Positions 57,801 to 64,000 of a stretch of 64,000 nucleotides of DNA are shown piece after piece. How positions within the stretch are numbered: the first letter of the stretch is position 1; each line of letters opens with the position of its first letter. Origin of the DNA: the human T2T-CHM13v2.0 reference genome, Homo sapiens; NCBI RefSeq assembly GCF_009914755.1, contig NC_060938.1; one strand, given 5' to 3'. The notes below the pieces were generated by a model. It did no database searches. It was not told the origin of the DNA and worked only from the letters and a program-made list of their open reading frames with translations. Made by a program: the position numbers and the translations under genes.

Positions 57801-58854
57801 ACTAAATGGCTTATTTCTAAGGTCCACTCAGTATATAGCAGCTTTTATAATTTTACAAATATTGGCTTTCCATGAATTTGTACATCAAAGAATATTTTTC
57901 TTTGGTGTTTATAAAAGTGAGATTGAAAAATCATGGTTTCTCTCATAATTATTCAGGAAAAATAATACACAATTATGAAGAAATTTTTAGATTTATTTTA
58001 TCTTCTTTCACAAATAATAAATTTACAGAACCCTCAAAAAGAACTTCTTAGAGTTATAATTTTCTCAGTTCAATTCATATTCTTCACAAATAAATCAAGT
58101 CATGGTTGCCTCTATGCAATACCAACCAACTGAAAAGCTGGCAATGATCTGTTGAGTTGAGGGTGTACATAAAGATAGTTCTGGCTAAAGGCCCCATGCT
58201 GGCCTCATCAAATGATTTTTCTCTGTTAACCACAGCACCGTGAAAGGAACAAACCAGAAGTGCTAGAAATCTTGGTATTTCTGGAGTGCATTAGGGCAAC
58301 ATCTGAAGGATTTCCAACTTGGCTAATGATGCATATTCAACTGCCAAATTTCTAATGAGGCACAACTGAAACATATACATTTTAAAAACCTTATTTCTAC
58401 AACTTGGCTAATGAATTCAACTGACCACTTCACCCTCTGAAGGAAATAAGGCAAATGCCAAACAAAACAAGAAAAATCTCCCTGTGTTGATCTCAAGTAG
58501 ATGCTAAAATACTTGCTTCCCGTGGAGCAACTTCAGCAGCTAAGCTTCCTGTGGGAAAGCCCCTTTGGTATGCCACAGGCAACTCGCCGGACAGAAATCC
58601 TCAGGCCAGGCAGATGAGAGAGAGGACATTAGTGATCAGAAAAATTGCAAGCCTTCTGAACTCTGTAAATGAATCTAAAGCAGCCTCATAAACTCCGTGC
58701 CCATAAACTGAACACCTGGCTAGACTGCTCAGAAATACCTAAAAGACCTAAAAATGTCACCACAAGGATGCTCACAAAATGCTTCCCTTATCAAAGCACC
58801 TCCACATAATTAATTCAGTTTCTCTCCCATGAAGAAGAACCCACTCATCCTTTT

Positions 58855-58962
58855 ATCCACTTACCCACCCATCCACCCAGCCAACCACCCACCCATCCAC
58901 CTATCCATCCATCCACCATCCAACCATCCACCTACCCATCCATCCACCATCCACCCATCCAC
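58855..58962. repeat. (CCAT/CCAC)n simple repeat, followed by an L2-like remnant
   Basis: cccatccacccagccaaccacccacccatccacctatccatccatcc.... Confidence 0.85.
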
Positions 58963-59541
58963 ATTATGCAATATCTATAATGTGATGCCAGGCCCTATGC
59001 TAACTTCTGGGGAGCATGGAGATGAATCATGCTAGTGCCTTTCCTTGATGAGCTCCCACCCCCGCCCCAGAGGGAGAGACCCAGAATGACCATCATCATC
59101 GTGCAGTGGGAGCAGTGCCCAGAGATAGGCATGCTGGGCTGCTACTGGAAAGCATCGGATGGGCTTCCCAGATCACCTGGCTAGAACCCAAGGATGTTGT
59201 GGCATCTAACCCAGGGCTCTCTTAGATTCCATTTCCAACATTCTCTAGAGCTGAACCAAGAATATAGAGAAGGCTGATCAATGCTGACCCTAGTCCATAA
59301 GACACATATCTTGTAACAATAGTAACTACAATTTGTGAAGTTATCGACTATTACGCTTCTTGTCCAAGAACAGCCAGCAAATGAGAGAAAGCCAGAACCT
59401 TGCTGCCTTGTTTAGCCAATTCTCCTTGAATTTCCCTTCAGTCCTGATTACAGGGGCCATGGGATTCGTGCATTAAGTTTTTTAAAAAGTGCAAACCCTG
59501 GTTAAATCTATTGCTCAGGAATCTCTCGTTAGTTACTCACA

Positions 59542-59654
59542 CAGGGTGACCAACTTGTCCTGGTTTGTCCAGGATGTTCCTGATTTTAGCACTGCAAGTC
59601 CCATGTTCTGGGAAAACGCTCAGTCCTCAAGAGATTGGGATGGCTGATCACCCT
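59542..59654. mobile_element. MER81/MER94-like hAT-Blackjack MITE
   Basis: TIRs agggtgaccaac ... gctgatcaccct; about 113 bp. Confidence 0.7.
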
Positions 59655-61231
59655 ATATGCACACATCATACCACACTTAAACTCAAGCTAGGACAGAAAG
59701 GGGAAAGCAAAGCAAGATCGTGTACCCTGTGCCACAATGAGTGATAAACAAACACCACCATGCCACCCCTGCCTCCTGGAGCACCAGGCTTTATGCATAC
59801 TGTGGGCCATGCAATGAAAGGTGCTCTCAACTGTTTTCAGGATGGCTTTTCTCAGTAGGATGTGAGAGCCTGCAGAAGAAGCAAGTCATATCAATTCAGC
59901 ATCTTCAGAAGCTTTGCAAACAATATTATGTTCTTCTTCACTATACTTTAGTACAGGGCAAATGAATTGGTTCAGCTGCCTGGGTTGAGCTTATGAGTGT
60001 AGGAACAGGTGAGGGTCTCACATTCAGATGCAGCCACCCAACCTGGATGTCTTCAAAAATCACCTCTTTGGATCCACTAGAGAACAAATATGTCTGAATT
60101 CTGGCAGTCATAATTAAGAGTTAACTTTCTTGTGCTGTATCTGCAACCCCATCCCTTCCTGAATTGTGTTTTCTTTTTAAACAAAAAATGCAAAACATTA
60201 GTATAAACAGAATTGTGGGGAGAATATTTAAAACAAATAGTAGAGAAAGTACTTCTCATCAAAGTAGTTTTAAATTATCCATTTACATTTAAGAAGTAAT
60301 ACAAATCATTTTCACTTACTTAAAATCTTTCCCTTAAAGATTTTTGTTAGGACTGCAATTCACTAGAATAGTCCTAGTTAATGTGTACTTGAAATAAAAT
60401 GAAAAACATTCTATATTTCACACAAATTCTAATTTAGGTTAGCCTTCTGCAATATCATCAGTTAGGTTAGCGGGATTTTATTACTCTTTATTCCCATATG
60501 AACTAATATTTTAAAAATCTCTTCGAATTTAAACTTAAGCAAAAGATGAACAAAAAAGAATTCAGGCCAATGGAGCAGCTGTTATATAACATGAAGTTAT
60601 ACTGGCAGCTCAAGGCAGACCACCACTGTGGCTGTTTTTAGAGAGCCAGTAAGATGTGCTGATTTAAGAAAAGTGAAACAGATGTAATGACCACTTTCTT
60701 AAGCATCCATGTGTGGGTTTTACAAACTAGGACTGGAGAATTTAAAACTCCAAATCATTTGAAATGGAAATGCTTTCCACACTCCGTGCTGAGGAACATC
60801 AACAAAAGCTTAGCACAGAGACAGGAGATCTGTTTGCAGATGTCAGTTGGTACTTTTTGTCAATACCCAGACTGGGGCTGGCAACCTGAAGTAGCTACCG
60901 GCAAGCCTGCTAGGAAACAGAAATGAGACGGAAGAGTTTCAGACTCACTGAAACCACTGATCATGATTTCATGAAAAAAGGCATACGGACACCATGATAA
61001 ATCAGTAGGCAGCCCCAGTTCTAAGGAAAGAGTCTAACGAAGCTTGTCAGGTATTGGGAAGGCCTCATGAAATATTCGTAACTAAGTTTCTAATACAGTT
61101 CCAAGAAATCAGTGTAACTCAGATATATTTAAAGTGACAGGATCAATACCCATGCTGGATTTCACATCATGGGGCTATGCTTCCAGATGATTTCATTTTT
61201 GTGATTATACCTGTAACAAGAATAAAATGAG

Positions 61232-61435
61232 GGCAGTGTAGTATGGTGGGGCAGGAGAAACTGTGTTAGAGCCAGGAGACCCTGACTGCATACTGACTTC
61301 AACAGCTGCGGGACCGGCAGCTCCTGTAACTCCTGCGCCTCAGTCCCTGACCTGCAAGGGACATACTGCCTGTCCGTCTTCCTCACTTGTGTGTGGTAAG
61401 CAACAAATTAAATAAGGGATGTGAAGGCACGCTGT
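61232..61435 (+). mobile_element. MIR remnant
   Basis: ggcagtgtagtatggtgg...cctgcgcctcagtccc...gatgtgaaggcac. Confidence 0.55.
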
Positions 61436-61990
61436 GACGCTCGAGCATTTTATAATTGCAAGGCCTTCTCCTAATTTCCTGAGAGGCACAATGACAGAGA
61501 GAAGCACAAGGTGTTATGGAACAAGGTGGGGGCGGGGAGTTTGGGGCTGACTGTCTTCACTCAGTATTTCAGAGACTTCCTGAAATCGGCCTTCTCATTC
61601 CTTTATACAAAAACCTGCAGTTTGACATGTTTTTTTTAAAAAAAAAAAAAAAGCTAGAAAAGAATAATCTCTTCTCTAGATGATGACAAATGTCTTTAAT
61701 AAAGGACTCATCTCCCTTGGCATACAAAATACCTATCTTTTTTGAGCTGAAATCACTTTATTAGGAATGAATAAAATGTGCCCAAATGGATAAACAGATT
61801 AAGAGTGCAGATTGACACAGCAACAAGTGATACAGCAGGGTTTGTGTGCTGTGTGTTCGGTGCTCAGGACGAAAGACTCTCAGGGGTAAAACACTGTTTA
61901 CATAATCTTTATAAATATCTCTTCTTTTTATACTCATCATACTTTGGTGTCATTATGTACAGCCGAGTGAAAAGATGAACTCCCACTCAC

Positions 61991-62048
61991 CTCTGAAATG
62001 CAAGAAGCGCCTTTCTCTGTAGGACCTCCTGCATCCCTCGCAAAGAAG
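61991..62048 (-). CDS. TTC7B: TTC7B internal coding exon, 58 nt: (A)SLRGMQEVLQRKALLAFQ(R)
   Basis: Minus strand gactaattgaacccttttcttag|CTTCTTTG...TTTCAGAG|gtgagt; phase 1 to 2; joins the next exon in frame (AG|G = Arg). Too short to appear in the ORF track. Confidence 0.93.
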
Positions 62049-63229
62049 CTAAGAAAAGGGTTCAATTAGTCAGTGGCATGGGGGATCAGGGAATTTTGAC
62101 AAATACAAAACCCATCACAAAACCTGTACATTCAACTGGATTAAAAGCAACAATGTCTGAGTGCCTACGTGCCCAGTCCTGCACCAGGCCCCGGAGAAGA
62201 TAGGAAACAGAGCCCAGTCCTACCCCCAAGGTGCCTGCACTCATTAGGTGTGACTGTGGAACAATGCCAAGGGGACAGTGTGAGTTGGGTGGTCACTCTT
62301 GGTACTCCCAGGCATATGGGGGCCATTTGCAAAAGACCAGTTGGGAACTCCAGAAGGAGCACGACTGCCCTCTCAAGTGTAGGCATGTAACTCAGGGGAA
62401 CGACAAGCTCTATGAAGATGGGGTGGGAGGGTTGCAAGCACCGGCAGTGTTGATTTTGACAGCCTTGCCTTCAGAGTTCCTTCTGCCACTGAGAAGCTGC
62501 AGTCCTGGGCCACCGACAGTAGCTTGCTGCCTTGAAAGGCCAGCTTGGTTCACACTGGGCAATGGCCAGGACCTTTAACACCTTCATGTGAACACAAGGA
62601 ATGGAGTAGGCAAACCTAACACTGATCATGGAAAATGAGCTCAAAAGCATGAGGCCACCTCGCTGTGAATCAACACTTCCCCTGTGCAGAGCATGTGAGA
62701 AATGGCCCCTTAAACCTGGCTAGGAATGAAAAAGGTACTTTTTACTAGGGCAAGAGAAAAAGTCCTGGAGGAAACTGTTTATGGCTGGAACTGCAAGAGG
62801 CCATTACCTAACGCCTCCAACATGGCACCTCCCAGCCTGGCATGAGACTGAGAGCAGTGAAAGGCTGCCAGGGGGTCAATGTGGCTGGAGACCATGGCTA
62901 ACTTAGAACAGCAGTGACACAGCTAGAGAGAACCTCAGAAAGGACCCAACTGACCCAAGAATGGAAAAGGAAGCCCCATAGGGTCAAGCAACTCTCCCAA
63001 AGTTGCAGGAGTAATGAGGGGTAGAGTCTGAAGAATTTACATGGGTTAATATGTGGCATTAAATTTGCCCCTCACTCAAAGTCTACTATGTCAAAAGCTA
63101 TGTGCTGGGTATTGCCAATGTACCATGTGTATATGGAAAATTAGCAAGTAATCCATATTGAAAAGTAATTAATATGCACAACTTTCCCAGGACCTTTGAT
63201 ATTTTAGGGCAGAGGAAAGAATTTGGAGT

Positions 63230-63505
63230 AATTTGTAAAATAAATTACAACAAAACCATAAAGAAAAAATGAAGTATTACAAAAGCCAGGATAGTATTTC
63301 CTCGTAAGGGAGAGAAGGGAGTTTGTGATTGGGAGGGGCACACGGAGGGCTCCCCAGGGGGCTGGCAAGGTTCTAGCTCCTCAGCAGGGTAATGACTACA
63401 GGATATTTTGCCTTATACTAATTAAAATTCATTAAATTAACCATGTGTTTCTGGGATTTTTGTTTTGCATTTGTGTTATATTTAACAACAACATGATAAA
63501 AGAAT
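63230..63505 (+). mobile_element. Old L1M 3' UTR fragment
   Basis: caggatagtatttcctcg...ggggcacacggagggctcc...ggcaaggttcta...tgtgttatatttaaca. Confidence 0.6.
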
Positions 63506-64000
63506 AGTAACAGTTCAGGAAAAGTTTGTTAAATTTTCTGCAAATATCACTGAAAACTTAAGTATACAAGATTTTTTCTTAGCTAGAATCCCATCCATCA
63601 GAACTCTAAGCACATCCAAAAATCACTGCGCCCAAGACCCCTAGGTGTCTTGTGAGCTGCTGCACTGCACATGTACATATCTACAAATTAAAATGTGCAA
63701 ATGGAGAAGGGGCATTTCCTGACCAGTCAAGGGAAGCTTCCTGGAAGTGTCTGGCCCTGACTCTTCCACATTCCTGTACCTAAGATCCAGCATCCCTTCA
63801 CACAGGACAGCCCAGACCAAGTGGTGGGACAGGGGCAGGTGCAAGGCTAGGTGGATGAATCATCCCTCAAAGCGCAGTGAGGTGCCCAGTGTGCCACCAG
63901 CATAATGTACCTAAAAATGAGGCCTGGGAGCCCTGGCACAGGGCCTTCCTCCCTGCCCTCCCATTCTCCCATCAGACCAAGCAAAGAGGACAGCAGCACC

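Overview
Human/primate genomic DNA (Alu-, L1- and MIR-rich), lying entirely inside one minus-strand gene that I recognise from its translated exons as TTC7B (TPR subunit of the PI4KA-TTC7-FAM126-EFR3 complex). Six constitutive coding exons splice into one open frame with canonical AG/GT ends: 62048-61991, 56170-56098, 53355-53195, 27197-27081, 19991-19894 and 2778-2638 (58, 73, 161, 117, 98 and 141 nt). The most interesting structure is in the 17-kb phase-1 intron (19893-2779). It holds a cluster of frame-preserving, stop-free candidate cassette exons: 162/138 nt, 51 nt with a nested 3-nt option, and 24 nt. It also holds a possible alternative last exon with a poly(A) signal. The cassettes would all insert into the same Ser-rich linker of TTC7B. 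Other oddities: an AT-rich island with a 97-codon ORF and a palindrome cluster (3660-4045), a 33-bp CpG/E-box VNTR with a higher-order 99-bp duplication, an 81-nt fold-back hairpin inside an L1, a (UG)n tract before a frame-shifting exon, and inverted Alu pairs. Most long ORFs in the ORF track are Alu, L1 or VNTR artefacts. Repeat boundaries and subfamilies are by eye and approximate.
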